DNA of 64,000 nucleotides from Isurus oxyrinchus (lineage: Eukaryota). The notes beneath the pieces were generated by a model, which saw only the letters and a program-made list of their open reading frames with translations, was not told where the DNA came from and searched no databases. This document shows, piece by piece, positions 63,460 to 64,000 of this stretch. Position 1 is the first letter of the stretch. Every line of letters starts with the position of its first letter. The position numbers were made by a program, and so were the translations under genes. The stretch lies in the NCBI GenBank assembly GCA_026770705.1, contig JANJGN010000031.1:10540001-10604000 (forward strand), written 5' to 3'.

Positions 63460-64000
63460 TGTCAAAATTTGCAGAACCATCTTACTATGATCATCTTTTG
63501 GTAACTGGACAGTTTGAGAGCGGGGATCAGGTGATGAACAAGCGCTTTGTGTTTTAAGAAACTGTTTTCCAGGCTGGTCAGTGAGAGACCAGAAAGACCA
63601 AATGGGCACCCTCTCTCCCCAGCCTTTCTGCAAGCTTGTGCCTTGCCTCTTTTTTGACCAGCCACAGCAGGCAGCATCTTAAATTTCAACCCAGCTGCTG
63701 ACTCCAGAAGACAAGACTGAAATCGTCTGTCAACATCTTTAAATCATCTTGCGCAGAATCCAGGAAGACCATCGAGCCCAATCTAAAACCATCCAAGCCA
63801 TCAACTGACCTTTTTTTGGACTCTTAGCAATTTAACCTACCGTCCCACTTTGTAACTTGTGTATGTGTGTTGTGTGTATTCTTGAATGCATGTGAGTGTG
63901 TGAGTTGCAGAGTTTTTATTATTTTATTTAGATCAAGTGTTAAGTACAATAAATACTATTCTCTTTACTTTTAAAACTTACAAGAAAACCTGTCTGTGTC
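63460..64000. mobile_element. Probable LTR-like repeat, cut by the window edge
   Basis: LTR-like composition with a GT-rich tract and AATAAA near the end; no coding signal. Confidence 0.3.

Overview
Eukaryotic, repeat-rich vertebrate DNA, most likely from a cartilaginous fish (inferred from DeuSINE-type SINEs and abundant CR1 and Penelope elements); most ORFs in the track are spurious or transposon-derived. The main gene is a complete minus-strand SRSF7-family gene: GC-rich promoter at ~42.4-42.7 kb, non-coding exon 1, and 7 coding exons (33845->22811, 226 aa, RRM + CCHC zinc knuckle + RS domain). It carries a 457-nt poison exon and a candidate second 29-nt poison micro-exon, and its mix of SRSF3-like and SRSF7-like features suggests an ohnolog rather than the mammalian SRSF7 orthologue. 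The window also holds the last coding exon of a CDKL1/CDKL4-family kinase (63019->62918) and the promoter/first exon of an unidentified minus-strand gene at the left edge. Mobile DNA includes Penelope-like elements whose ends carry a hammerhead-like motif with a non-canonical CUGUUGA core, a full-length two-gene Harbinger transposon, a Tx1/L1 fragment, a CR1 with a twin-priming-type inversion, a hAT MITE, many CR1/L2/RTE/SINE remnants and a ~310-bp inverted duplication. A processed PPP1R7 mRNA fragment sits inside a CR1. Comparisons to human and zebrafish sequences are from memory, not from database searches.
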